A DNA stretch of 64,000 nucleotides from an uncultured Clostridia bacterium (GCA_947631415.1 CANRLG010000004.1:332-64331), one strand, 5' to 3'; counted from the first letter of the stretch, positions 30,226-39,320 are shown. Notes: a model not told the origin generated them from the letters alone. Made by a program: numbers and translations.

Positions 30226-30495
30226 TTAGGTGCTAGTTATGGTTACTATATGTGTTGAACAAGAGGGAATATTAATACTTGTTTCTACATTTCTAATTAT
30301 TTTTCTTAAAATTACACAGTTTCCATTTTGTATTATAACGAGAAAAGTATTTTCCTGTGTAGAAATGATATTTAGGAGATAATTATCTTGTAGTTCAAAG
30401 GTTTGACTGCTAGAAGTAAAAGTTTTTGTAGTATTTATAGAATTTTTAAAACAATTGCTACAACATTTATCATTAATTACTAAAGTTATATCCAT
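30226..30495 (-). CDS. Small beta-rich protein B (89 aa) with an N-terminal CCxxC cluster and no signal peptide
   Basis: The ATG at 30495 lies 7 nt after GAGGTGG, which overlaps the stop of the upstream gene. The sequence is MDITLVINDKCCSNCF...IPSCSTHIVTITST. The longer ORF-track version (to 30666) overlaps the upstream gene out of frame. Confidence 0.6.
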   Translation of the reverse strand: MDITLVINDKCCSNCFKNSINTTKTFTSSSQTFELQDNYLLNIISTQENTFLVIIQNGNCVILRKIIRNVETSINIPSCSTHIVTITST

Positions 30496-30505
30496 AATAA
30501 CCACC

Positions 30506-30823
30506 TCATGAAACGTTTGGACATACACAATTAAATTGTTGTACTCCCACTTGAAGTATAAAAGTGCCATTGTACATTGGTAAATCAAAAGTTTTATATG
30601 TATCATTTGGAATATTAAACTTAATCTCTGTAAGTAAATCTGGATTATATAAACTAATAGTAACACTATTAGAATTTTTTGAAATAACAGTTAGAGTATA
30701 GCCAAAAGATAATAGTAGTTGAGCATTATCTTCAATATTTGTATATACGTTATCTGTAACTAGTGAAATTCCATTTTGACAACGTCTTTGTCTTAGAGCA
30801 AGATTATAGCATATTTCATTCAT
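30506..30823 (-). CDS. Small beta-rich protein A (105 aa) with cysteines at both termini and no signal peptide
   Basis: The ATG at 30823 lies 7 nt after GAGGTG. The track ATG at 30829 is only 1 nt from the SD. The sequence is MNEICYNLALRQRRCQ...QQFNCVCPNVS. The central segment is weakly similar to protein B (TLTVISKNSNSVTISLYN against LLNIISTQENTFLVIIQN). Confidence 0.6.
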   Translation of the reverse strand: MNEICYNLALRQRRCQNGISLVTDNVYTNIEDNAQLLLSFGYTLTVISKNSNSVTISLYNPDLLTEIKFNIPNDTYKTFDLPMYNGTFILQVGVQQFNCVCPNVS

Positions 30824-30844
30824 ATACATTCACCTCAATTATTA

Positions 30845-30871
30845 TATTTTATGAAAAAATGTTGAACTTGT
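30845..30871 (-). promoter_or_regulatory. Candidate SigK-like (late mother-cell) promoter upstream of the small-protein pair
   Basis: On the minus strand: AC (30871-30870), 16 nt, then CATAAAATA (30853-30845), against the Bacillus SigK pattern AC-N16/17-CATAnnnTA. Chance matches are easy in AT-rich DNA. Confidence 0.3.
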
Positions 30872-30885
30872 TAATTATAATTAGA

Positions 30886-30918
30886 TAAAAAAAGAATGTA
30901 CTAAAAAAAGTACATTCT
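30886..30918 (-). terminator. Intrinsic terminator after the S1-domain gene
   Basis: agaatgtac (30893-30901) pairs with gtacattct (30910-30918). The hairpin has A/T runs on both sides. Confidence 0.7.
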
Positions 30919-30948
30919 AAAAAAATATGTAAAAATAATAAATAAAAT

Positions 30949-31680
30949 TTAATATGCTGCTCTAAGCTTTAAATGACGTTTTTCGTCAACATCTAGAACT
31001 TTTAAATCAACTACTTGACCTACTTTAAATTTTAAATTATTTTTTTGATTGATATCAAAAATTCCACTATACATTGGATTATATAGTAATTCAACAAAAT
31101 ATCCTGAATTATCATCAAGCTTTTTAGTGATTTTGCATTTTACAAATTCACCTTTTTTAACAGCTAAACTAGAACCTTTATATAGTTCTATTCTTGATAA
31201 TTCAAAATATCCATCATCACGGATTTTTGTTATTTTGCATTTTATATTGTCGCCAATACTATAAATATCTAATGGTTGGCGTACTTTTGAAGAAGTTAAT
31301 TGGTTAGTATAAATTTTACCACTTAAACCTTCATCAAACTCAACATAAAGAGCTTTAGCATCTGCAGAAACTACAGTTGCAACAACATCATCTCCTTTTT
31401 GAAATTTTTGAATTCTTTTCTTCATATACGATGCTCTTGAAATTGTAACATCATTTTTATTTTTGTAAACTAAAACAGTTATGTATGTTCCAAGTAATCT
31501 TGAAACATATTTGGTATCAGTGATGTCTTTGTTTTTTTGATACATCGTAATATCCTCTTTAGGCATAGTATATGTATTTCCTTTTTTGTCTTCAATTATA
31601 AGTCCATTTTCATCTACATCAATTACCATATATTGTGCCTCTTTTTCTTTTGTTAGAAAACTTTGTAAAGTTCCTAACAT
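30949..31680 (-). CDS. Protein with repeated S1/OB-fold-like RNA-binding modules
   Basis: Several S1-like segments are present: GDDVVATVVSADAKALYVEF, IGDNIKCKITKIRDDGYFELS, GEFVKCKITKKL, VGQVVDLKVLDVDEKRHLKL. Confidence 0.55.
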   Translation of the reverse strand: MLGTLQSFLTKEKEAQYMVIDVDENGLIIEDKKGNTYTMPKEDITMYQKNKDITDTKYVSRLLGTYITVLVYKNKNDVTISRASYMKKRIQKFQKGDDVVATVVSADAKALYVEFDEGLSGKIYTNQLTSSKVRQPLDIYSIGDNIKCKITKIRDDGYFELSRIELYKGSSLAVKKGEFVKCKITKKLDDNSGYFVELLYNPMYSGIFDINQKNNLKFKVGQVVDLKVLDVDEKRHLKLRAAY

Positions 31681-31890
31681 CTTTCAACATCCTTTCCTTA
31701 TAAAAATTTATATATATATTAATGTATATAACATAATTAGAAGTTCTTAAATATTATAACATAATAGTGCAAGAATGTCAAATTTATGTAAACAATTTTA
31801 TAAATAATTATTAATATAAAACCAAATAAATTATGTTGTTTTTTTTTATTTTCTTTGATATAATATAGGAGAATTTTGAAAGGAAAAGAT

Positions 31891-32805
31891 ATGTTTAAAG
31901 CAGGATACATAACAGTAGTAGGTAAACCTAATGCAGGAAAATCTACTTTAGTAAACAAAATGGTAGGGTTTAAGGTAGCTATTACAACACCTAAGCCACA
32001 AACTACAAGATTTAATATTAAAGGAATTATAACAGATGAAAATTCACAAATGGTGTATATTGACACACCAGGAGTTCATATACCAAAAGACAAAATGGGC
32101 GAGTATATGATGAAAAATGTTGAATCTGCTATAGAGAGTGTGGATGTAATTATATATATGGTGGATGCTTCTCGTCCAACGATAGATAAAGCCAATGAAA
32201 CTATTATGAAAAATATAGCAGGTAAGAAGAACAATGTTATATTATGTATAAATAAGATAGATAAAATAGAAAAGGGAAAAATACTTAAAATAATTAGTAT
32301 TTATGATGAATTCTTTAAATCTGTTGGAGGTAATTTCAAAGAGATAATACCAATTTCTGTATATAAAGAAGATGGATTAAATATATTAAAAGAATGTATA
32401 GTTAAATATTTGCCAGAAGGTGAGATGATTTATTCTGAGGATGAAATTACAGATATAACAGAAAGAGAATTAGTAGAAGAAATTATACGAGAAAAAGCTT
32501 TAAATAATCTTAATGAAGAAGTGCCACACGGTATAAAAGTTGAGGTTACTAAATTTAAAAAGAGAAAAAATAGAGAAAAACAAAGTGTATATGATATTGA
32601 AGTAAATATTATATGCGAAAAACAATCACATAAAGGTATAATAATTGGAAAAGATGGAGCAAAGTTGAAACAAATTGGAACTCAAGCAAGAATTGAAATT
32701 GAAAATATGTTAGAAGATAAAGTAAATCTTCAACTTTGGGTAAAAGTTAGAGAAAATTGGCAAGATGATGATAATTATCTTGGAAATATAAAATCTAAAA
32801 TATAA
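31891..32805 (+). CDS. era: GTPase Era
   Basis: GYITVVGKPNAGKSTL (G1), DTPG (G3), NKID (G4) and a C-terminal KH domain (IIGKDGAKLKQIG). I chose the ATG at 31891 after an SD. The ORF track starts at a TTG at 31876. Confidence 0.96.
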   Translation: MFKAGYITVVGKPNAGKSTLVNKMVGFKVAITTPKPQTTRFNIKGIITDENSQMVYIDTPGVHIPKDKMGEYMMKNVESAIESVDVIIYMVDASRPTIDKANETIMKNIAGKKNNVILCINKIDKIEKGKILKIISIYDEFFKSVGGNFKEIIPISVYKEDGLNILKECIVKYLPEGEMIYSEDEITDITERELVEEIIREKALNNLNEEVPHGIKVEVTKFKKRKNREKQSVYDIEVNIICEKQSHKGIIIGKDGAKLKQIGTQARIEIENMLEDKVNLQLWVKVRENWQDDDNYLGNIKSKI

Positions 32806-32855
32806 CGTATTAATCAAAATAATCTACATATAATAGTGAATAAGAGGTGCTATTT

Positions 32856-33017
32856 ATGTATGAGGATTTTGCATGGAAACAATTTTTAAAAACAGGAGAT
32901 GTTGAAACTTTTGTAGAATATAAAAAAATAAAAGATGAATTATATGAGAAAAAAGGTGATATGACTGATGAAACTTATCAAAGTCAAGGGAATAGTGATA
33001 AGGGAAGTAACATATAA
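32856..33017 (+). CDS. YqzL-like small protein (53 aa). It is not in the supplied ORF track
   Basis: The ATG at 32856 lies 7 nt after SD aagaggtg. Translation: MYEDFAWKQFLKTGDVETFVEYKKIKDELYEKKGDMTDETYQSQGNSDKGSNI. The N-terminal W-x2-F-x2-TG-x3-Y/F pattern and the position between era and recO match Bacillus yqzL. Confidence 0.65.
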   Translation: MYEDFAWKQFLKTGDVETFVEYKKIKDELYEKKGDMTDETYQSQGNSDKGSNI

Positions 33018-33690
33018 AGATAATGACAAAATTATAACAATACTTACTGATGGACTTGGTAAGGTTTCTGCAATAGCAAAAGGGGCAAAAAAGACAAATA
33101 GTCCATTTCTTGCCAGTTCACAGTTTCTTGTATATAGCGAATTTGTACTATATCAAAATACGGGATATTATTATTTAAATTCTGCTGAGAGTATAAATAC
33201 TTTTTATAATTTAAGAGTAGATTTAGATAAACTTCAAATTGTTTTTGATATGACAAAATTAATAAATATGGTTACAGATGAAAATCAAGATTGTGAAAAA
33301 ATATTGAAACTATTTTTAAATACTATTTATGCGTTGGACAAGTTAGATAAAGATTCAAAACTTGTGGTAAATGCCTTTAAAATAAAGTTATTTTCACTTC
33401 TAGGATTTGCGCCAAGACAAGATAAATGTGCTAATTGCTCTAAAGCACTTCTTGAAAGTGAAGAAGATTTTGTGTATTATAATTATGTGGATAACACATT
33501 TTTGTGTGAGAGTTGTAAAAATACGGTAGATAATAGAAGTAAGATACAAATAAGTATGGCAACGTATAATGCGATATTTTATATTATAAGGTCAGATTTA
33601 AAAAAGATTTTTTCTTTTGAACTTAAAAGTTATACGGACTTAGAATTATTTGGACAAGTTTTTACAGATACTGTTATTAGTGGATTATAA
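32968..33690 (+). CDS. recO: DNA repair protein RecO
   Basis: It has an N-terminal OB fold (KVKGIVIREVTYKDNDKIITILT) and a Cys4 zinc motif (CANC...CESC). It lies downstream of era. Confidence 0.92.
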   Translation: MKLIKVKGIVIREVTYKDNDKIITILTDGLGKVSAIAKGAKKTNSPFLASSQFLVYSEFVLYQNTGYYYLNSAESINTFYNLRVDLDKLQIVFDMTKLINMVTDENQDCEKILKLFLNTIYALDKLDKDSKLVVNAFKIKLFSLLGFAPRQDKCANCSKALLESEEDFVYYNYVDNTFLCESCKNTVDNRSKIQISMATYNAIFYIIRSDLKKIFSFELKSYTDLELFGQVFTDTVISGL

Positions 33691-33707
33691 AAAGGAGAGT
33701 GAGTAAT

Positions 33708-34550
33708 TTGAATAAGAAAGGTACTACTATTGTGTGTACAATTGGAATTATACTTGCTGTAATATGCGTAGTATATATATTATTTAATTCTGGAAGAATT
33801 GAAACTCCAAAGAAACAGGAAGAAAATCCAGAGGAACAAGAAATTGTTCATAGACCAGAACGTTCACAAGAAATTGTATTAAGTAGTAGAGTAGGAACAC
33901 AACTAACTAATTTAATTAGAGTTTCTAATCTATATTCTTCAAGACTTATAGAAGAATTAGACAATAATGGAATAAGTAATAAATTTAAGATACTTACAGC
34001 TTTTGATAAGATAATTTCTAAGGAGGAATATCAAAATCTAATAGGGTATTCTCAGACTTATTCAAACACGTACGTACTTGCTTCAAATATGCAAATTACT
34101 ATTTCAAATTTGTTTGTAGATGATGAGTTTACAAATGAAAATATAGATGGAATTTTATATTATGATGATAATACAGATTCTTATGCTATGATTACAACTG
34201 GTGCTCAAGGATTTGTAGCAGATTTTGTAGTAGAAATTCCATATAAAATTTATGAATATACTGATAGAATAGAATTACTAGCATATAGAGTATATGTAAA
34301 TCAAGCTATTGAAAATATTGATGGAGAAGATACCATAGAAACAGATATATATTATGATGTAGATAGAACAGATAATGTTTTAAGCTTTACAAATATTTCA
34401 GAGTTTTATGAGTCTAATCAAATAGAATTTTTAAAAGAAAAAATAGATGAAGGAACAATATCTGAAAGTAAACTTGAACAAGTAAAATATACAATAGTAA
34501 AAGAAGGAGATAATTACAAATTTAGTAATTATGAAAAGATAACAAAATAA
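33708..34550 (+). CDS. Hypothetical membrane-anchored protein
   Basis: I chose the TTG at 33708, which is 10 nt after SD aggag. The track GTG at 33699 is 1 nt from that SD. There is an N-terminal TM segment. I recognise no family. Confidence 0.5.
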   Translation: MNKKGTTIVCTIGIILAVICVVYILFNSGRIETPKKQEENPEEQEIVHRPERSQEIVLSSRVGTQLTNLIRVSNLYSSRLIEELDNNGISNKFKILTAFDKIISKEEYQNLIGYSQTYSNTYVLASNMQITISNLFVDDEFTNENIDGILYYDDNTDSYAMITTGAQGFVADFVVEIPYKIYEYTDRIELLAYRVYVNQAIENIDGEDTIETDIYYDVDRTDNVLSFTNISEFYESNQIEFLKEKIDEGTISESKLEQVKYTIVKEGDNYKFSNYEKITK

Positions 34551-34571
34551 AAATAGAGAACGTAAGGTTCT

Positions 34572-36419
34572 CTATTTTACGTAATATGCTTCCATTATAG
34601 CTTTCCATGTAGTTTTTACTAATTGATAATCTTCAATATCTTTATTTTTGTCGTATCCATTCCATAAACAAAAAGTAAGGTCATCAGTAAAACCACAATT
34701 CCATACATCATAGTTATTACTTGAAGTACCAGTTTTTAAATAACATTTTACATTATCTAACTTAGCTGGTTTTCCTGTACCATAATTTCCTACAGCAATC
34801 ATACAAGTTTTTAACATATTTGCAGCATTTGCAGATATTACTTGATGTTCATTACTCTCTTTAGATAATATTTTTTCTCCAATTTTTATAGATTTTACAG
34901 TTGAAATCGTTTTAAATACTCCATCATTATTAATAGCATTATATGCTTGAGTAAGTTCAAATGGAGATACTCCATGTGTAAAACCACCTAAAGCAAGACA
35001 TGGATAATATAAATCACTATCTGTAAGAGAAGTTATACCAAAATTTTTGGCATATTCAAAAGAACGTGAAATTGTAACATCTTTTAAGGTATCTACTGCA
35101 ATGGTGTTAGTAGAATAGGCAATAGCATCTTGAATGCTAATTTGTCCTTTATAGCTTCTATATGCATTTTGTACGTTCCATACTTTTTTATCTGGAGTTG
35201 TTACTGTTACTTGTGTATCAACAACTTGAGTAGTAGGAGATACAAGACCCATATCAAAAGCAGGACCATATACACTTATAGGTTTTATAGCAGAACCAGT
35301 TTGTCTTACCATTGAATATGCATGGTCAATTTCAGAATTATTACTTGTAGTTATTACGGCAATTACTTCTCCAGATTTTGTAGTTATTACTCCACCAAGC
35401 TCTAATCCCTCATGTTGTGCATAACATTCCTTTGCAACTTGAACAGCTTTTGTTTGAAAATCTCTATCTATGTTTAGGGTAATATTTGCACCACCATTTA
35501 GAATTATATCAATAGCTTCACTATCTGAGCAAGAGTATTGTTTTTTAACTATTTCTTTTATTTCTTTAAGAGCAACTTTAAAATATTGACTTATTGCAGG
35601 GTCATTTTTTACTATTCTATTTGAGCCATTATTAAATTCAATATTAAAGTTTTTAGCCTCATCATACTGTTCTTGAGATATTAGTTTTAATTCTAACATC
35701 TTGTCTAGTACCAAGCCTTGTCGATGAAATAGTTTCTCTTTTTTGGTATCGTTTCCGTAAGGATTTAATCCATCAGGAGAGTTAGGTAAAGAGGCAAGTA
35801 TTGCTGACTGGGCAATATTTAGGTCTTTTGGTTCAACATTAAAATATGTAAGAGCAGCTTCATAAATACCATAAGCACCATTTCCATAATATACTAAGTT
35901 TATATAGCTTCCTAGTATTTTTTCTTTTGACCAATTATCTGTCAAATACATTGCACTTCCAATTTCTTGTGCTTTACGAGATGGTGAATGTTCTTTTTCA
36001 TCAGTTGCAACTTTTACAAGTTGTTGTGTAATTGTACTTCCACCAAATGATGAATCTCCTTTTACAAGATAATTAAATGTTGCATACAATAATCTGTTAA
36101 CTGAAATACCACTATTACCATAGAAAGTTTCATCTTCTATAGCTGTAAAAGCATCACTTACATATTGTGGCATATCATTTATTGGGGTATATACACTTGA
36201 GTAAGTTGGTTGAAAATTTTCCTGTCCATTATCATAATATCCATACATGACACATAGTAAATTTCCGCTCCTATCATATATGTGTGGTACTCGTGAAATG
36301 TCAATTCTAGTTGTATTAATTCCTTCTTCATAAGAAGCAATAGCCTTTTGTAAATAAGGCATAAAAAATACAACACCAACAGTACCAATCAGTAATATTA
36401 AGATAAATAGTACAAGCAT
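34572..36419 (-). CDS. Class A penicillin-binding protein (GT51 glycosyltransferase + transpeptidase). Its N-terminus is unresolved (see findings)
   Basis: GT51 motifs AIEDETFYGNSG and GGSTITQQLVK. Transpeptidase motifs are SxxK in TGSAIKP and KTG in YLKTGTS. The conservative start is the ATG at 36419 (MLVLFILILL). The frame stays open up to 36521, but that ATG lacks an SD. Confidence 0.85.
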   Translation of the reverse strand: MLVLFILILLIGTVGVVFFMPYLQKAIASYEEGINTTRIDISRVPHIYDRSGNLLCVMYGYYDNGQENFQPTYSSVYTPINDMPQYVSDAFTAIEDETFYGNSGISVNRLLYATFNYLVKGDSSFGGSTITQQLVKVATDEKEHSPSRKAQEIGSAMYLTDNWSKEKILGSYINLVYYGNGAYGIYEAALTYFNVEPKDLNIAQSAILASLPNSPDGLNPYGNDTKKEKLFHRQGLVLDKMLELKLISQEQYDEAKNFNIEFNNGSNRIVKNDPAISQYFKVALKEIKEIVKKQYSCSDSEAIDIILNGGANITLNIDRDFQTKAVQVAKECYAQHEGLELGGVITTKSGEVIAVITTSNNSEIDHAYSMVRQTGSAIKPISVYGPAFDMGLVSPTTQVVDTQVTVTTPDKKVWNVQNAYRSYKGQISIQDAIAYSTNTIAVDTLKDVTISRSFEYAKNFGITSLTDSDLYYPCLALGGFTHGVSPFELTQAYNAINNDGVFKTISTVKSIKIGEKILSKESNEHQVISANAANMLKTCMIAVGNYGTGKPAKLDNVKCYLKTGTSSNNYDVWNCGFTDDLTFCLWNGYDKNKDIEDYQLVKTTWKAIMEAYYVK

Positions 36420-36426
36420 TATCTTT

Positions 36427-36639
36427 TTAAAGATACCTCCGTTTCTTTGGATTTTTCTTGTAATGATGATTACTTTTAGGTATTTCGTGTTGCGTGCTAC
36501 TGTTTGTATGTTTTTCAGCATTTTTTTCTAAACTATCTAGATACTCTTGAGTAAATATTGCCTTTTTAACTTTGGAGCTAAAAGAGTTATCATTAGATGA
36601 GTAGGAACGCTTTTTATTATTGTAGCCTGAATTACTCAT
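36427..36639 (-). other. 70-codon ORF with a strong SD, encoding a basic tail typical of a class A PBP N-terminus. It is in a different frame from the PBP body
   Basis: SD aaggaggga precedes the ATG at 36639. The ORF ends ...HHYKKNPKKRRYL. Skipping one nucleotide at about 36441 joins ...NPKK to GGIFKKIMLVLFILILL in the PBP frame, which resembles the Bacillus PBP1 tail KKRKKGGLFKK + TM. Confidence 0.55.
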
Positions 36640-36772
36640 TTTTTCTCCCTCCTTGTCTTTATTATTAAATAAAGAAATATAAATTTATAAAATTCGTTTA
36701 ATATTTTATCATTAATTTACATAAAAGTCAACAAAAACATACGAAAGAGTTACCATAATATAAAAGATTAAA

Positions 36773-37372
36773 TTACAAAATTTGTGGTAGTAAATCTGAG
36801 AAAAATACTAGTACCAAACTATAAGCAACTATAGTAAATGGTTTAAGTAGAAAAATAATTGCAAGATATTTCTTAACACTAATTTTTGTAACTCCTGCAA
36901 AATAACATAAAAAGTCATCTGGAGCAAGAGGGAGAAAAATTAAAAGAGCAAGCACTTTATCAAAATTTTTTCCTTTATCAAGCCATGTAGTATATTTATC
37001 AATTAAATCTTTTCTAAATATTCTTTTAAGTAGAGGCAAGCCATATTTTCTTGCAATAAAAAATACTATAATTGACCCAATTACAATTCCAATATAATTG
37101 TAAATAAAACCAAATACTGGTCCAAAAATAAGAACACCTACAGCTTCACTAATTCCACCAGGTATTAGTGGAATAATTATTTGGATAATTTGAATTAAAA
37201 TAAACATAACAGGTGCAAAATAACCTGTTTTTTCTAAGAAAAGTTGCATTTTTTCTTTAGAAGTAAAAATTTGCTCTTTTATAGCATAATATAAAAAGAT
37301 ACACATAATTACTGTACCAATAATACTAGATATTCTAAATAGTATTTTTAAATAATCTTTTTTTTCTTCCAT
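36773..37372 (-). CDS. TVP38/TMEM64 (DedA-related) family membrane protein
   Basis: Polytopic, with PLIPGG and LPLAPDDFLCYFAGVTKISVKKY, typical of the family. I chose the ATG at 37372 after an SD (gaaagga). The ORF-track extension to 37525 overlaps the glmS end and its terminator. Confidence 0.75.
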   Translation of the reverse strand: MEEKKDYLKILFRISSIIGTVIMCIFLYYAIKEQIFTSKEKMQLFLEKTGYFAPVMFILIQIIQIIIPLIPGGISEAVGVLIFGPVFGFIYNYIGIVIGSIIVFFIARKYGLPLLKRIFRKDLIDKYTTWLDKGKNFDKVLALLIFLPLAPDDFLCYFAGVTKISVKKYLAIIFLLKPFTIVAYSLVLVFFSDLLPQIL

Positions 37373-37472
37373 AATTTTTTTCCTTTCTAAAAAATTATAG
37401 CATGTAGTTTGTTTACATTCTATCATTTTTAAGTTGTTTTTTGTAAAAATTTGGTTGCATTTAAAAAATAAA

Positions 37473-37509
37473 GTAAAAAAAAAAGTAGGAATGTTTTTAA
37501 CATTCCTAC
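37473..37509 (-). terminator. Intrinsic terminator after glmS
   Basis: Hairpin gtaggaatgtt/aacattcctac (37485-37509), followed on the minus strand by a long U-run (complement of 37473-37484). Confidence 0.85.
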
Positions 37510-37517
37510 AATTTAGA

Positions 37518-39320
37518 TTATTCAACTGTTACAGATTTTGCTAAATTTCGTGGCTTATCTATATCGCAACCTTTTAGTTTTGCTACTTCATAAGCTATTA
37601 GTTGTAAAGTTACTACAACAAGTATTGGTTGTAAAAACTCACTTGTCTTATGTAACATTATAACTTTGTCTGCAAATTCATCAAAATTATAATCTTTATA
37701 GTTGTCTGTAGTGATAAAAATAGAATATGCACCACGAGCTTTAGTCTCTTTTAAATTACTTACAGTTTTTTCAAATAGGTCATCATTAGTAGCTAGTGCT
37801 ATAACTGGTGTACCATCTTCAATAAGAGAAATTGTACCATGTTTTAGTTCACCAGCACTATATGACTCTGAATGTGTATAAGATATTTCTTTTAATTTTA
37901 AAGAACCTTCCATACATACTGCTGAATCTATGCCTCTACCTATGAAAAATACATCATTATGTGTGTATATTTTTTGTGCAATATCTAAGTATAATTCTCT
38001 ATTAGAAATAATAGTGTTTAATACATTTTCCACATTAAGTAATTCAGATTTTATTTTTTCTTCATTGACTAGAGTATTATTCTTTTTCATTGCATTAATG
38101 GCTAATGTAGCAAATATTGCAACTTGAGTAGTGTAACCTTTAGTTGTTGCAACTGCTATTTCAGGTCCTGCATAAGTGTAAATACATTTATCTACTTCAC
38201 GTGCAATAGTAGAACCAACAGCATTTACTATTCCCACAACATAAGCTCCTTTTTCTTTTGCTAGTCTTAATGCAGCAAGAGTATCTGCAGTTTCACCAGA
38301 TTGTGAAACAACAATTAAAAGAGTCTTTGGAGTGATAAGTTCTTCAGCATATCTGTATTCTGAAGCAACTTCAACCATAGCTGGTATCTTTGCATAAGTT
38401 TGAAGTAAATATTTTCCAACTAAAGCAGCATGCATAGCACTTCCACAAGCAACAATATGTATTTTTTCAAAAGAAGTTATATCTAAGTCTGAGTAATCAC
38501 AATTATTGTAAAATCTTGTATAGATATCTTGAATAACTTTTGGTTGCTCATAAATTTCTTTTAACATAAAATGGTCATATCCATTTTTTTGATATTGTGT
38601 CGCATCCCAATCAGCAATCTTTATTTCTTTCTTAACTTCTTCAAGATTTGAATTGTAGAAAGTAACATTGTCTTTTGTTATTCTTACAACATCACTTTCA
38701 TCAATTAATGAATACTTATTTGTATATGACAAAATAGCTGAAATATCTGATGCTGCAAAATTTCCATCTTTACCATAACCTATAATAAGTGGAGAATCTT
38801 TACGAGTAGAGTAAATAGTCTCTGGTTCATCTTCAAAAATTATATCAAAAGCATAAGAACCTCTAATTTTTTTACAAGCTTCAACAATAGCTTTAAGTTT
38901 GTCAGAATAAGTAGCATAACAATAATCTATATATGCTGTTGCCACTTCTGTATCTGTTTCACTTTTAAATTCATATCCTTTTGCAATTAATTCTTCTTTT
39001 AATGTAGCATAGTTTTCGATTATACCGTTATGAACTAATGTAACTTTTCCAACTTTATGTGGGTGAGCATTAGTTTCATTTGGTTCTCCATGAGTTGCCC
39101 ATCTTGTATGAGCAATAGCTATAGACGAAGTAGTATCTAATGATTTTAGTTTATCATCTAAGTTTGCAATCTTTCCTTTAGATTTTACCATGGTAATTTT
39201 TCCATCATTATATGCAATTCCTGATGAATCATATCCTCTGTACTCTAAATTTTTAAGTCCTGCAATAGCAATTTCTACTGCATCCTTTTTATTTGTTGTG
39301 TATCCAATTATTCCACACAT
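37518..39320 (-). CDS. glmS: Glutamine--fructose-6-phosphate aminotransferase (isomerizing)
   Basis: MCGIIGY N-terminal nucleophile, two SIS domains, and a C-terminal ...DKPRNLAKSVTVE. I chose the ATG at 39320 after SD ggagg. Confidence 0.97.
   Translation of the reverse strand: MCGIIGYTTNKKDAVEIAIAGLKNLEYRGYDSSGIAYNDGKITMVKSKGKIANLDDKLKSLDTTSSIAIAHTRWATHGEPNETNAHPHKVGKVTLVHNGIIENYATLKEELIAKGYEFKSETDTEVATAYIDYCYATYSDKLKAIVEACKKIRGSYAFDIIFEDEPETIYSTRKDSPLIIGYGKDGNFAASDISAILSYTNKYSLIDESDVVRITKDNVTFYNSNLEEVKKEIKIADWDATQYQKNGYDHFMLKEIYEQPKVIQDIYTRFYNNCDYSDLDITSFEKIHIVACGSAMHAALVGKYLLQTYAKIPAMVEVASEYRYAEELITPKTLLIVVSQSGETADTLAALRLAKEKGAYVVGIVNAVGSTIAREVDKCIYTYAGPEIAVATTKGYTTQVAIFATLAINAMKKNNTLVNEEKIKSELLNVENVLNTIISNRELYLDIAQKIYTHNDVFFIGRGIDSAVCMEGSLKLKEISYTHSESYSAGELKHGTISLIEDGTPVIALATNDDLFEKTVSNLKETKARGAYSIFITTDNYKDYNFDEFADKVIMLHKTSEFLQPILVVVTLQLIAYEVAKLKGCDIDKPRNLAKSVTVE

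Noticed and set aside
30496-30666. N-terminal extension of the 146-aa ORF-track version of small protein B.
   Set aside because: The extension overlaps the 3' part of small protein A in another frame and has no SD. The internal ATG at 30495 has a well-spaced GAGGTGG.
31737-32066. A 109-aa minus-strand ORF across the era promoter and start.
   Set aside because: It is antisense to the well-supported era gene, has hydrophobic low-complexity translation and has no SD.
36420-36521. The ORF-track start (ATG at 36521) for the class A PBP.
   Set aside because: No SD lies upstream (tagaaaaaa). The encoded MLKNIQTVARNTKYLK... segment overlaps the better-supported 70-codon ORF in another frame. I treated it as open frame only.
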